NCBI RefSeq assembly: GCF_964188315.1
Contig: NC_135655.1
Coordinates: forward strand, 82,274,001 to 82,338,000
Length of the DNA: 64,000 bases
Source of the DNA: Podarcis muralis
Taxonomy: Eukaryota
Direction of reading: 5' to 3'
This document shows, piece after piece, positions 11,758 to 24,326 of the stretch. The position numbers and the translations under genes are program-made. The notes below the pieces were generated by a model. The model was not told where the DNA came from. It saw only the letters and a program-made list of their open reading frames with translations, and made no database searches. The stretch's first letter is position 1. Every line of letters starts with the position of its first letter.

Positions 11758-13919
11758 AGTAATAAAAATAAGCAGAGAAAAGCAAAAAATACAAGGATCA
11801 TATAAACAGGACCAATACACAACTATACAATTCTATTGTAAGTTAAACAAGCAAAAATACAAATTAATGCAAATTTATATTTCCAATTTAACAAAACTCA
11901 AGCCTCCAGGTTGGCAGGGCTGCCAGATAGTGATGTGGAGATGGGTTTGCTGCCCCACCATCTCTCTTCTCCTTACTTGCTGACACAGACAGCATTCAGG
12001 TTTTTCCAGGGTCTTGGGAGGAGGGTCTGTGGCGTCTCTCCTTAAACAAGGAGCAAACACAGTTTCTTCACTGTGTGGAGATAGAAGCATAATTGTTAGG
12101 AATCCAGGCATGGCCATACCTTCATTAAACAGCATTTGAGCTAATGGCTTGGCATGGCTGGGAAATAGTTCTTCATTACCTAGCGATGTTTTGAATGGAG
12201 AGAATTATCACTTGGGGGCAGGTGTTTGTGTTTGATGGAACAATCATACTCCCACTCTAGGGTGGGGGCAAGTTTGCCATACCCTAGCTCCCACACAAAA
12301 GAAGACTCATGTTGGGTTTTCTTCTTCCCCAGCTGTGGTGAACTGTGGCGATGACCCAGCTTATAAACCAGCTCCTCCCCAAACTGAATGAATGAATGAC
12401 TCAATCAATCAATCAATCAATCAATCAATTTATTACGGTCACATACCAGAAATTCCTCCCTAAACTGCCCCAAACTGTGTGGTACACACCCTTCCTGCCT
12501 TTGTAAAGTGTGAACTTTGCTAGATGCTTGTTGAAGGGACTGAGTAGGAGTTCTTGGTAGAGCACCTAATTGGCCTGGGATTTGGCCTCTTTTTCACCTA
12601 CTTTACTCTCCTGGGAATTCCTTGTTTGGAGTGGAGTTCCTTATTTAGTTTAATCTGGCCTGTAGTCTAGGCAGCAAAGTGGAATTAAGATCTGTTGAGT
12701 AAATTCCTGAGGTATTATGCAAGGCATTATGGTTAAATGCACTCCTTGGTCAACCTCCATTGCAATTGCTTTGTGGGTTATTGCGGGTGTCATGTAGCAT
12801 GTGTACTAGGGAGAACGTCAAACCAGTGGGCTGTGATACATTGTTTGGCTCAAAAACCCAAGGCCCTGGTAGCAAGGAGGAAGTGTTACTTCACTATTTG
12901 CTGTGGGGTCATAGCTTGTACCTGATGATATGCCCAGGAGCAAGAAGGGATATGATCTCTCCATCAATGAGGAACTTTCCTGCTTGGATTATTTGATTTG
13001 GTTGATCAGTTCAATTTTCTATTTGGTTATTGCAGATCCTCTTATTGTTATTTTCATATTTTAATAAATATAACATTCCCGCACTTTAGTATTGTACCCT
13101 GAGTCTTCTTTTGGGGTATGATGGCAATAGGAGCATTTTTGGAACAGAAGATGGGGAATGGGAAACACAGGACAGAGAAGCAGAAACTCACCTTTGAGCT
13201 CTAGAAGCTCATTTGCGTTGCAAGTGTCTCTGGTGATCTGAAATGAAATGCTGCCCTGCTAGAAGGATGAAAGCTGTCTGCCTCCAGCTATGTTCTATTT
13301 GCTTATTTCCACACATACATTTTTAAAAAGTTTTTAATTTTTTACAAAAAGCCGTAAGTTTTCAGTGGTCTCATCTCACAAACTCAGGTAAGTGCTTCCA
13401 CTTGGAATCTCTAACCATGTGAGGAAGTAGGGAGCATATAACAATATAAACCATCTCTATTTTATTTGTTTTTTATTAGCAAGCTTGGGAAGAATGTAGG
13501 CTCATGTTCACCTTAGCTTTCTATCTCCTAGTTGTGCAGTACTGTGGTTATGGTTAACATTATGGTCCATAACCACTCAGATATCATTTGTACCATCTGG
13601 TTATTTGATGTACGTCCTAGGGATATGGCACAAGACTCCACTTCTGGCTCCTCATCCCCAATTCAAAACAAATCTACACATTATGTGGTACAGGGGTTGC
13701 CAGCCTTTTTGAACCAATGGGTACATTTCAAATGTTGAGAGTGCTGGAGGCACTGGTCAATAAACAACTGTTATGGCATAAGACAAAATGGCTGCCATGG
13801 GGAGCGTAGCCAGAAACAGCAAAAGAGATATGGCTACCCCCAACAAAGTTATGCTTATTATGGAAAATCAGCTACTGCATGTTGTGTTGGTTTTGATTCT
13901 GGAAATCACACAATATTGG

Positions 13920-13923
<4 letters not shown>

Positions 13924-13965
<42 letters not shown>
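13924..13965. repeat. (CA)n microsatellite
   Basis: Seen directly. Confidence 0.95.
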
Positions 13966-13967
<2 letters not shown>

Positions 13968-14340
13968 ATCCCATTGCTGTCTAATGGCAACAGGGGACAT
14001 TCTTCAGTAGGAAAAAATATATATACAATGTAGCCACACCACACTCACTGTACATTTTGTCGTATAACTTTCATTTTTGGAGGGCTACAGAGTTGCTTTT
14101 TCAAGAAATAAAGTATGAAAGCTCAGAGACAGCAGTGAAACCCTTCAAAAGCATCATGGCTCCTGCACATTCCAGGATGGAATCTCTGATCTTCTGATTC
14201 ATATTAGTTCAAAAGGTCATACCACTATAGTCTAATTAAACAGGAAAGGGGGCACATTTTCATTGTCAACAACAGCTCCCAGGAATCCGATGGAGAGCAG
14301 TAATTTTACTCTCAGGGCTCTAGAGGACAACAAGTGGAGC

Positions 14341-14462
14341 AGAAGAGCCATTTCAGAGACAATCTCCCTGGGTTCATAGATGAATATAAAGCCTTCTGCT
14401 TCATTCAGCTGCCGGTGCTCTTGGAAGTCTGTGGGATTGCCTCTTTCCTCATTGAGGTAGGT
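14341..14462 (+). promoter_or_regulatory. Candidate promoter and non-coding exon 1 of the 16484 OR
   Basis: O/E-like TCCCTGGG, TATAAA at 14385-14390 and donor GAG|GTAGGT at 14457. TATA and donor are conserved in the paralogous copy. Confidence 0.55.
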
Positions 14463-15049
14463 TTTACCAGCATCCATTGCCCATATTTGGGTGTGGGACA
14501 TCTTATATCAATTGAGGCATTCAACCTAACATCCATTGGGCTCTATTTATAGCATGGTGTGTTGAGAAAGACTGCCACTGTGCAGTGGTCCTATCTGTTT
14601 CTGAAGTAGCTGCAGCTAGATGTGTCCACGAACAGCAAGATTTAGTTTGGATCCCAGTTCAGAACTGTGGGAAAACAACAGACCTCAGTCTGAAGTAGTT
14701 TGTAGAGTTGGTGAATCAGTCAGAAAAAATATACCTTTTAATTGTTATTTTAGGGTAGGAATGGATGAGATTTGCAGGAAAAGTCATCTGCTAAAGAGGG
14801 CACAGAACCTGTCAAATTTTAGAACAGCTGCTGTGGTTTTCCCTGCAGCTTTACAGTTTGGAGGTGGGTAAAAAATAATCAACCTCACCTGGGGTTTTAT
14901 GAGTAGTTGGTCTGAAAATTACAAACATGTCTAATCTTCTTTTTTTGTGAACCGTCCTGAGACCTCTGTGTATAGGGCAGTATATAAATTCAATGAACGA
15001 ACGAACAAATGAATGAATCTCCCACTGAAACTGCCTTCGAAATCCTCAA

Positions 15050-15520
15050 AGGCAGTCACTGTCCTGAATCTCTTGCCAATCACATTCATTGGATGACCCT
15101 GGGTACTAGCATTATTATTTAAACAACAACATTAGGAACTTGTCTCTGTTCACCATCTCCACAGTATGCATATTTTTATTAACTTTAACCACCACCACTC
15201 TTCTCTGTTTTCTATGAGGTCCGAACACCTTACTTTTTAAAGGAAAGGCTTGCCAATCCCGTGATCATTTTACTGGCATTTTCTGCACCTTTTCCAGATC
15301 AATAATACTGTGTGGCCAGAGCAGTAGATAGTATTCCAAATGCAGCTACCATTCTAAATTCTTTCTACCATGATCACAAGACGCTATGTCATCATCATAA
15401 TCAGCAGATCCCTTTCCTGTATATGTCAGTTGTTGATATTTTGCCCCATTATGTGAATCACTTTACATTTGCTTTCATTCGATCTTGTTTTCATTTCTCC
15501 CCCTTCATCTGTTTTGGAGC
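15050..15520 (-). mobile_element. CR1 LINE ORF2 fragment, old
   Basis: Minus-strand SKCKVIHI resembles the CR1 KCKVMH motif. Confidence 0.6.
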
Positions 15521-15685
15521 TATTGACAAGCTGTTTGATTTTAGCTTGAAAGTAGTTTTGCTGACTCTGGAATATTGAGTGGAGTGCTATGGTTGTATAT
15601 GTTTTCAGGTTCTTTTTTGACATTTACTTTAGCTATACCCCCCAAAAAATATGGTGAGTCAATGTAACCACCTCTTTCTTCTGTA

Positions 15686-15869
15686 CGGTGGAACCTAGGG
15701 TTATGTACCTCTCTGGATATGTAACTTTCAGGTTATGAATGTGGCAAACCTGGAAGTATTCTTCTATCACGCTGCGCGCATGCGCAGAAGCAGCGCCTCT
15801 GGTTACGGATTTTTTGGGGTGCGCACGGACCCCCAGAACAAATTAAATTCATATCCAGAGGGTCCACTG
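15686..15869. mobile_element. Tigger-like MITE
   Basis: TA|cggtggaacc...gggtccactg|TA. Confidence 0.7.
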
Positions 15870-16483
15870 TATATAGAAAAGAGATCTATAGCTCTATCTT
15901 CTCCATACATATAAGGTCTGATAATATCTGGATCACCAGTACACCAAAAAGCACTTCAAGGTCCCTACTTTAACCACCTGCTTTACCCATGAGAATATGG
16001 ATACCTCTGATGATCAGATGTTGAAGCTAAAAATGGCAGAATAGCAATCACACACTTTTTTTTGTCACATTCTAAATGCATCTGTTTGGCAGGTGTGAGA
16101 AAGAAAATACTGAACTAGATGGTGCTTTTTGTGTTCTTATTCCCTGTCTCCTCCCTCATATAATACTAACCTTTACAAATTTATAAGTTTGTGCATGTGT
16201 GCATTTCAACTATGTTTCTATTATTCATTCCCCTTTCATTCAGGTAGCACAAAGTCTATTATGAAACAATTGTATGTTGTCTTCAAGCTAGTTGTGTGTT
16301 AAAACAATGGAGATAAAAAGGACCCCCCCCCCTTGATTCACACACAAAAACAGTAGAGGTTTGAGACCACAGAATAAAACTAGGGAAGAATGTTGCTTCA
16401 CCAGCACATCAAATAATAAGTCTGATTTCACATTCTATGCATGTATGTTCCTTTCGTTTTCAGAAGACATTATAAATGTGTAG

Positions 16484-17422
16484 ATGGCTGAACAAAACAA
16501 CACAATTGTATTTGACTTCATTCTTTTGGGTGTCACAAATCGTAAAGAGCTGCAGCTTCCTCTCTTCATGCTGTTTTCAGTCGTTTACATTATCACCCTT
16601 CTGGGGAATCTGGGGATGATCACATTAATCAGGATGGACTCCCAACTCCACACTCCCATGTACTTCTTCCTCAGCAGCCTGTCCTTTGTAGACCTCTGCT
16701 ATTCCTCCAATGTCACACCTCGGATGCTGGCCAATTTTGTAGCAGACTATAAAGTCATTTCCTTTACTGGATGTCTGATACAGTGTTATCTCTTCATTGC
16801 ACTGGTGCTTACGGAGTCCTTCATCCTGGCCATCATGGCATATGATAGGTATGTAGCCATCTGCAACCCACTACTCTATACCACAAAGATGTCATGGAAG
16901 GTCTGCATGTTGCTGGTGGCAGTTCCCTCTGCATATGCTTTCCTAGATGCCATGATACAGACCATATTCACTTTCCGCTTGACCTTCTGTGGCTCCCATG
17001 TCATCAACCACTTTTACTGTGCTGACCCACCTCTTATGAAACTGTCCTGCTCTGACACCCATGTCAAATTGACCCTGATGTTACTTTCTGCCAGTTTCAA
17101 CCTCATCAGCTCCCTAGCTGTTATTCTGACTTCCTACACCTTCATCCTCTTCACTATTCTGAAAATTCGCAAAACCGGAGCGAGGTACAAAGCTTTCTCC
17201 ACATGTGGCTCCCACCTGACGGCTGTCACCCTTTTCTATGGGACACTCTTTGTCATGTACATCAGACGTCCTTCCAGCGTGTCCCTAGAACAGGGCAAAA
17301 TAGTCTCTGTGTTTTATGCCGTGGTGATCCCTATGCTGAATCCGTTGATCTACAGCCTAAGGAACAAGGAGGTGAAGGGTGCCCTGAAGAGATTATTGCA
17401 GAGGAAAGTATTATTGCATTAA
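16484..17422 (+). CDS. OR5M-like: Olfactory receptor, OR5M-like (312 aa)
   Basis: Intact ORF with OR motifs and HFYCADPPL; pyrimidine tract plus CAG acceptor at 16461-16463. Confidence 0.96.
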   Translation: MAEQNNTIVFDFILLGVTNRKELQLPLFMLFSVVYIITLLGNLGMITLIRMDSQLHTPMYFFLSSLSFVDLCYSSNVTPRMLANFVADYKVISFTGCLIQCYLFIALVLTESFILAIMAYDRYVAICNPLLYTTKMSWKVCMLLVAVPSAYAFLDAMIQTIFTFRLTFCGSHVINHFYCADPPLMKLSCSDTHVKLTLMLLSASFNLISSLAVILTSYTFILFTILKIRKTGARYKAFSTCGSHLTAVTLFYGTLFVMYIRRPSSVSLEQGKIVSVFYAVVIPMLNPLIYSLRNKEVKGALKRLLQRKVLLH

Positions 17423-18194
17423 ATGTCTATTCATTCACTAGTTATGAAATGAAATGATCCATGAGGAAGAAGAAGAGGGGATATGAATTTTTACAGCTTA
17501 TGAATGTATGGTATTTAATATGTGGTAGATGAGTTCTTGCACCTTGCTGTCTGGTTTCTTCCTTCCCTCCCCACTTTTCCGATTCAATTTTGGTTGTTGG
17601 TTTCGATCTCCATAAAATATTGACAGTACGGCCCAAATACAAAATAGTATCTCTCACTCATCACCAGCATCTAATTTTCAGATCCACCAGTTCTTCAAAA
17701 TTGAAACAGGGTGTTTGGGTGGGCGTATTGCTTGCACACTGCAATGGCACCTAATGGTTAGGGGAAATGCCTCTTCTGAAACTTCTGACTTACATTTTCA
17801 TCCTCAAATTGTGAATTTCCTGGGAAAAAGAAGAAACTTGGAGTCAGCATCAGGTATGGTATCCTTCTTACATCTGCAAAGAAACACTGATGCCCAAAGC
17901 CTAGCCTCGTGTCTTTTTCTCCATGAGCCCCTAACTTCATGAGACCATCAACTACAATGAAGAAATGAGTATCTTTATCCTATCGGTGTTACCTCTCATT
18001 TTGGTTGTATATGTACTATTCTTTATTTGGCTCTCCAAGAAATTAATCTTGTGGTGTTAATGTAAGGTGGTATTAATGTTACTATTGGTTGATTGGATTT
18101 TACAATGAAAAGAATGCTCCTTATATTTATGTGGATGTAGTGTTTCCCTCCGCCCCATCCACAAACCATTTGAAAGCCAGAAAGACTCTCCTCC

Positions 18195-18990
18195 CTGCAA
18201 GAGAGGGGAGTGGTTGTGGCCGGGAGCCGGACTCCGCCTCAAGCAGGGGGCGTTTGCCCCCTGCCTCCCACTCACCTGGCTGGCGCCCACGCCCTCGGTC
18301 AGGCACCCAACCAGGTGCCTTCAAGGGGGCGTGTTCAGCAGCCTGAATTGCTGCGACGCCAGCCTCCAGCCCTCACTTTTGTCGGCCCGTCGCGAGTCAC
18401 CCACCCTCTACTCCCTTAGAGCAGGGTTTCCAGTTTTCTTTTGGCCTTGCTATGGACCTTAGGTTGGTCGCCCTGGTTGTCCGGGGAGCCTGGTAGGAAT
18501 TTTTCCATTTGGCATTAGGCTTTTTGGTTTTTTCGCCTACCTCGTAGCAATCATCACAACTTTCGTGGTATTGGTGGATAGGTTAGGCATTGGAATAATG
18601 TGTTGTGGTGTCAAAGGGCTAGGTGTGGCCATCACCTGCGCCTTCAATTTTTGGGTATTCCGTTAAAGGAATCCGGCGGTCGTGTATTCTGTCCGATGCC
18701 TGCTTGGCGGGAGGCCATGGCACGACCCTCGGTGACATCAGGGGAGAGCCTATAGTTGAATTAGCATCAACAGGCTCCACCTACTGGTGAATAAACCCCC
18801 TTTGTTTGTTTGTTTGTTTTTTAGACTCACCCCTCTTCGAGTGGGTGGAGTCAGCTGCCATTATCCAATGCCTAAGCCAATACCTTTTCACTTGCTGTAA
18901 TCAATAAAGTTGTGGCCTTTTCTTGCCCATTAACCTTATATCACGTGTCCTTGTGTTTCATTCCACTGCACGGGGTTCGGGTCCTCGAAC
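18195..18990 (+). mobile_element. DIRS/tyrosine-recombinase retroelement-like non-coding remnant
   Basis: CpG-rich block with internal complementary segments, ending in aataaagttgtggcc; no ORF. Confidence 0.45.
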
Positions 18991-19417
18991 CACAAAACCA
19001 TTTGTTTGCACCACAATTCCTTAGTCTTTCTGAGGATGCTTGTTTAGGCATGATAGGGGCTGGAGCGGGAGGGAATAGTTGGGGTGGGGAGTTTGGGGGA
19101 TGTGGAATTTGTTATAGAATACACACATTAGATTTTAGTGATTGCCCTGGGCCTGTATATCATTATGGGATTCCTCTTTTGTCATGGCTGATGTCTATAG
19201 TGTTTCACTGAAGGTACAAGGCTTAGATGATGTAATCAAGCAATGGAGGAACTCTGAGTACATTAGAAGGCAGAAGTCCTTTATTGTTTCTTTCTGCAGG
19301 AGACACATGATGCAGCTACAAGCAGTAGCCTCTTATCCTACTCATACCTTAGCAAACATTATATGGCTCCAGGTAATAAGCAGTCCAGAGGTGTTGCTAA
19401 AACCAGGTCCTAATCTC

Positions 19418-19598
19418 ATGTTTCCCAGTTAGCTAAGTACTATGGACCCCGTATTTTTCAAAAGCCAAGCCACAGACCCCTACTTTTGAAAATCGTGATA
19501 TCTTTATGGTAGTTTTTGTTATGTGAATGGTGCCACGGACCCCCTGGGTGGGTTACATGGACCCCCTGGGCCTGCGGACTACCAATTGGGAACCACTG
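19418..19598. mobile_element. hAT element right end with repeated ggacccc subterminal motifs
   Basis: Ends in ttgggaaccactg; several ggacccc motifs. Confidence 0.5.
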
Positions 19599-19899
19599 TC
19601 CAAATCTTTTAATTTTCAGGACCTACGGGGAAGGGTTCTGTGTGTGGCTGGAATGCTAGGTACCCTCACTCTTATTTGCATCGATTTAAACACTGGTCCT
19701 GTTTTATGAACACAATGGAAATCATTTGTTAGGCAATTGTTTGCATAACAAGTCAATGATTTTCACTTATTCCTACTGGGAAAATTCTAATGCACTCTTG
19801 AGTATACAATCTGCAGCGCATATAGTGAGGAATGGATACTAATTCATTTTGTTCAGAAAAGTGAAATTTCGCATAGCAAGCATTTGTAAATGGGACCTG

Positions 19900-20500
19900 A
19901 GTGTTACCTTCAAAACTATTTTTGCAGGCAATTTGAATGCTATCTGTAGTAAGCATTTGGATAGACTTCTCAATGTGTCGCTTGGCAGCTATTCTGGAAA
20001 TAAATGTATATTCCCAGTCTTAAACAGCTACAATATTAAAAAAGGATGGTGTCATATAAATCAGGGAGCAAGCTATCACACATATTTATCTCTGAAATTT
20101 CATTCTTATTCAGGAATGATTTTTCTTTTTAATCTCTGTCTCCCTAATTTTGATTTTATTGAACATAGAACCCATGACTCTATCTGATCACTTTAAGGCC
20201 TCTTTACAAATACAGGGCCCCATTATCTCTGACTCGATATGGTAGTTGCATACATTCCTGATGTACCACAAGATATTCCAGAGGCAATCCAAATGGCTAT
20301 AACAAATTACTTTGCTGACAATGCCTCTCCCAATGTCGAACCTCATATTCTCTGGGATGCAATGAAGGCTGCAGTACTTGGCATATGCATTGAAGAAATG
20401 ACTGGAACAACATCAACAAAAGGAATTCCTCTAACAAAAATGCCAATCCAGTCAGATATACAAGACCATGAATTAAAACATTAAAGGACAGGTTCCAACT
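19900..20500 (+). mobile_element. Ancient L1 ORF2 fragment (endonuclease end and linker)
   Basis: Degenerate ...SDH and AITNYFADN..NVEPHILWDAMKA. Confidence 0.6.
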
Positions 20501-21069
20501 GAATTTATGTCAACCTAATCACTAAAAGGATTCTGCATCCTGTGTCCATTGAACATATTCTTTCCTGGGCTACATTTGTGTCCCTTCTTCCCCTAATTTT
20601 TGTTTTTGTTTTCATTTTTTGTACTTCTGCAAATCATGGAGTTACCCCAAGGCTGCCAATAATTCTCTCTTGGGCATGGATGATTCCTTTTAGCTACATA
20701 AGGGTTGATAATCTCAGAATGAGTTCACAATTAATATAAATGATTACACTAGCCCTTATTTTAAATACTGGGTATCTCTTCTGCAATTATTCCTGGTATT
20801 ATTACCAAACTTTCACATTTTATTTCATTTCACATTTCATTCATTTTCCATGAGTGATGAACTGAAATAATGACATAGTCAATGGTAAAAGAGAACAGGA
20901 AGTCTAATATCTTCAGCCAACAAATTAACTACTAAATTATACTAGTTCAATAGATTCAATAGTCAATTAAACAGGAACACATGTTCATTGTCAACAGCAG
21001 CCACTAAGTGGCCTATGGAGTGCAGTAATTTTTACTCTCAAGGCTCTAGAAAACAACAAGAGAAACAGA

Positions 21070-21177
21070 AGAGATTCTGTCCCTTGACTCACAGGTGACT
21101 ATAAAGTTTTCTGTTTCATGCAGCTGCCACTGCTATCAGGAAACTGTGGGACTGCCTCTTCTCTCATCGAGGTAGGT
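21070..21177 (+). promoter_or_regulatory. Candidate promoter and non-coding exon 1 of the 23012 OR
   Basis: Homologous to 14341-14462; CTATAAAG and donor GAG|GTAGGT at 21172. Confidence 0.55.
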
Positions 21178-21574
21178 TTTACCAACATCCATTAACTATA
21201 TTCAGGTGTGAAACATCTAATATCTATCCAGGAATTTAGCCAAATGTCCCTTTGGCTCTGAGAATTTTATTTCTATAGCATAGTATGTTGACTAAAACTC
21301 CAGTTGTGCATTGGTCACATTCATTTCCAAATCAGTTGCAACTAGATGTGTATCCACCAATGATAAGATTCATTCCTCCCCCATTCAACACTTTGAGGAA
21401 ACAGATTGCCTCAGTGTGAAGTGCTTTGCAGGCTTGCCAATTCATTCAGAAGCATTTATGCCTTTTTAATTATTATTTTGGGCTAGAAATGGATGCAATC
21501 TGCTGGCAAAGTTACTCCTTATGAGGACATGGAAACTGGCAAATTTCAAAATGGCTGCCCTGGTTTTCCTGCAG

Positions 21575-22625
21575 CTTTATCTGCTGACAAGGTTGCACTC
21601 CTATCAGCACTTGTGCTACAGCATTCTGCACCAGCTGCAACTTCTGGATCAGGCACAAGAGAAGCCCCACACAGAGTCCAGTAACCCAATGCATGAACTA
21701 CTGTGGCAAGGCTTTCCTGGTCCAGGGATGGTCATAGCTGTTGAAACAGTTGCAGTTGGTAAAAGGAACTGAGCACCCCAAATGACAAACCTGCTCCTTC
21801 AGGGGGAGTGCGAACCCATCCAGGGTAGGCAACTGAACAATTTGTCAGACAGAAGAAGCAGAAGCAGAAGCAGAAGCAGAAGCAGAAGCAGAAGCAGAAG
21901 CAGAAGCAGAAGCAGAAGAGTTTGGATTTGATATCCCGCTTTATCACTACCCAAAGGAGTCTCAAAGCGGCTAACATTCTCCTTTCCCTTCCTCCCCCAC
22001 AACAAACACTCTATGAGGTGAGTGAGGCTGAGAGACTTCAGAGAAGTGTGACTAGCCCAAGGTCACCCAGCAGCTGCATGTGGAGGAGTGGGGACGCGAA
22101 CCCGGTTCACCAGATTACGAGCCCACCGCTCTTAACCACTACACCGCACTGGCTCATTCACAGTGCCTCTGTCTTGCCAGGATTCAAGATCAGTTCATTT
22201 TTCCTTACCCATTTCACCACTGCATCCAGGCAATGGCCCAGAGACAGCCTAGCTTCTCCTGATTCCAATGTTATAGAGAAACAGAGGTGAGTGTCAGCAG
22301 CATACTGATGGCCCTCATCCTGAAACATTGAATGACTGCTCCCAATGGCTACATGTAGATATTGATAGTACTGGGGATAACACTGCCGAACCCCATAACG
22401 TAGCTGCCAGTGGACTGAAAAGCACTCTCCCAATGCTACTCTCTGGACTCAGTCCTGAAAGTAGGATTGGAACCAGTGTAATAGAGTGTCCCCAATTCCC
22501 ATTCCCCAGAAGGATGCCATGGTTGATAGTATCAAAAGTCAACAAGAGATCAAGAAGTAGGAGCAAGGTCGCAATCTCCCTGTCCCCCTCTCTGCACAGG
22601 TCATCCATCAGGGTGACGAACAAAG
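21575..22625 (-). mobile_element. L2 LINE RT fragments interrupted by a SINE
   Basis: LLLLDL..TFDTINHGILL, YAADTHLCFS, CLDAVVKWVRKNELILNPGKTE and QKLQLVQNA. Confidence 0.8.
21855..22155 (-). mobile_element. Squam3-type SINE with an expanded (GAAGCA)10 tail
   Basis: Minus strand gagccagtgcggtgtagtggttaagagcgg...gccgctttgagactcc; tail at 21855-21914. Confidence 0.8.
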
Positions 22626-23011
22626 TACTTCTTATGTTCTTATTCTCTGTGCAGTCTCCTCTCCTGTATAATGCTAACCCTTTTCAAAGTGTATCAGCTT
22701 GTTTATGTGCATGTGTGAAAATACATTCTGTCTTTCTGTCTTGCATTCCCTGAGATTTTGATAGCACCAGTTGTATTAGAAAACAAAATGTGTCGTCTTC
22801 AAGCTAGTTTTATTGTGTGTTAAAAGGTGAGGGCATTAAAAAATAGGACCCCAAGTTCCTTCCCCAATTTACATGCAATCATAGAAGAGGTTTGAGACAA
22901 CAGAATAAAACCAGAGAAGAGTATTGTTTCACCAGTACATCCAATAATGAGTCTGCATTCACTTTGTGTGTATGTTCTTTTTTCTTCTCAGAAGACATCA
23001 TACATGTGTAG

Positions 23012-23950
23012 ATGGCTGATAGTAATCAGACAATGATGTATGACTTCATTCTTTTGGGGTTCACCGATCGTAGAGAACTGAAGTTTCCATTCTTCATGCT
23101 GTTTTTATTTGTTTATATTATGACCCTGCTGTTGAATCTGGGAATGATCACATTAATCAGGATGGATTCGCAACTCCACACTCCCATGTACTTCTTTCTC
23201 AGCAGCTTATCCTTTGTGGACATTTGTTATTCCTCCAATGTCACACCTCGGATGTTGGCAAATTTAGTAGCAGACTACCAAGTCATTTCCCTCACTGGAT
23301 GTGTGATACAGTGTGACCTGTTCATTGCACTGAATCTCACTGAATCCTTCATCCTGGCCGTCATGGCATATGATAGGTATGTTGCCATCTGCAATCCACT
23401 GACATATACAACAAAGATGTCCCGGAAGGTTTGCATGTGGCTGGTGGCAGTTCCCTCTGCATATGCTTTCCTAGATGCCACAATACAGACCATATTCACC
23501 TTCCGCTTGACCTTCTGCGGCTCCCATGTCATCAACCACTTTTACTGTGCTGACCCACCTCTCATGAAACTGTCCTGCTCTGACACCCACGTCAAACTGA
23601 CCCTGATGTTACTTTCTGCCAGTTTCAACCTCATCAGCTCCCTCGTTGTTATTCTAATCTCCTACGTTTTCATTCTCTTCACTATCCTGAAAATTAAAAA
23701 TGCTGGGGCGAGATACAAAGCTTTCTCAACATGTGGCTTCCACCTGACGGTTGTCACTCTCTATTATGGGACACTCTTTGTCATGTACATCAGGCGTCCT
23801 TCTAGCGTGTCCCTAGAACAGGGCAAAATAGTCTCTGTGTTCTATGTGGTGGTGATTCCCATGCTGAATCCGTTGATCTACAGCCTAAGGAACAAGGAGG
23901 TCAAAGGTGCCCTGAAGAGATTATTGCAGAGGAAAGTATTATTGCATTAA
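23012..23950 (+). CDS. OR5M-like: Olfactory receptor, OR5M-like (312 aa), tandem duplicate of 16484-17422
   Basis: Intact ORF; C-terminus identical to the 16484 gene; homologous flanks; acceptor at 22989-22991. Confidence 0.93.
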   Translation: MADSNQTMMYDFILLGFTDRRELKFPFFMLFLFVYIMTLLLNLGMITLIRMDSQLHTPMYFFLSSLSFVDICYSSNVTPRMLANLVADYQVISLTGCVIQCDLFIALNLTESFILAVMAYDRYVAICNPLTYTTKMSRKVCMWLVAVPSAYAFLDATIQTIFTFRLTFCGSHVINHFYCADPPLMKLSCSDTHVKLTLMLLSASFNLISSLVVILISYVFILFTILKIKNAGARYKAFSTCGFHLTVVTLYYGTLFVMYIRRPSSVSLEQGKIVSVFYVVVIPMLNPLIYSLRNKEVKGALKRLLQRKVLLH

Positions 23951-24076
23951 ATGTCTATTCATTCACTTGCTATGAACAAAAAAAATAAAGAAATAAGGAG
24001 GTTGTCTCCACATTATGTCCAAGTAGAAGGGAAATTAATTTTTAAAGCTTATGAATGTGTGAATTTTATTATATGC

Positions 24077-24274
24077 TAGCGGGCCTTCTTGGTAGTGGCA
24101 CCCACCCTGTGGAATGCCCTACCATCAGATGTCAAGGAAATAAACAACTATCTGACTTTTAGAAGACATCTGAAGGCAGCCCTGTTTAGGGAAGTTTTTA
24201 ATGTTTGATGCTTTATTCTGTTTTTAATATTCTGTTGGGAGCCACCCAGAGTGGTAATAATAAATAATAATAAA

Positions 24275-24326
<52 letters not shown>
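24077..24326 (+). mobile_element. L2 3' fragment with (ATT)n tail
   Basis: ctgtggaatgccctaccatcagatgtcaaggaaataaac; same family as 59019 and 63455. Confidence 0.8.

Noticed and set aside
12093-13110. Possible ~1-kb solo LTR (tgttagg start, TATA, late aataaa)
   Set aside because: No CA terminus or TSD identified; too weak to call.
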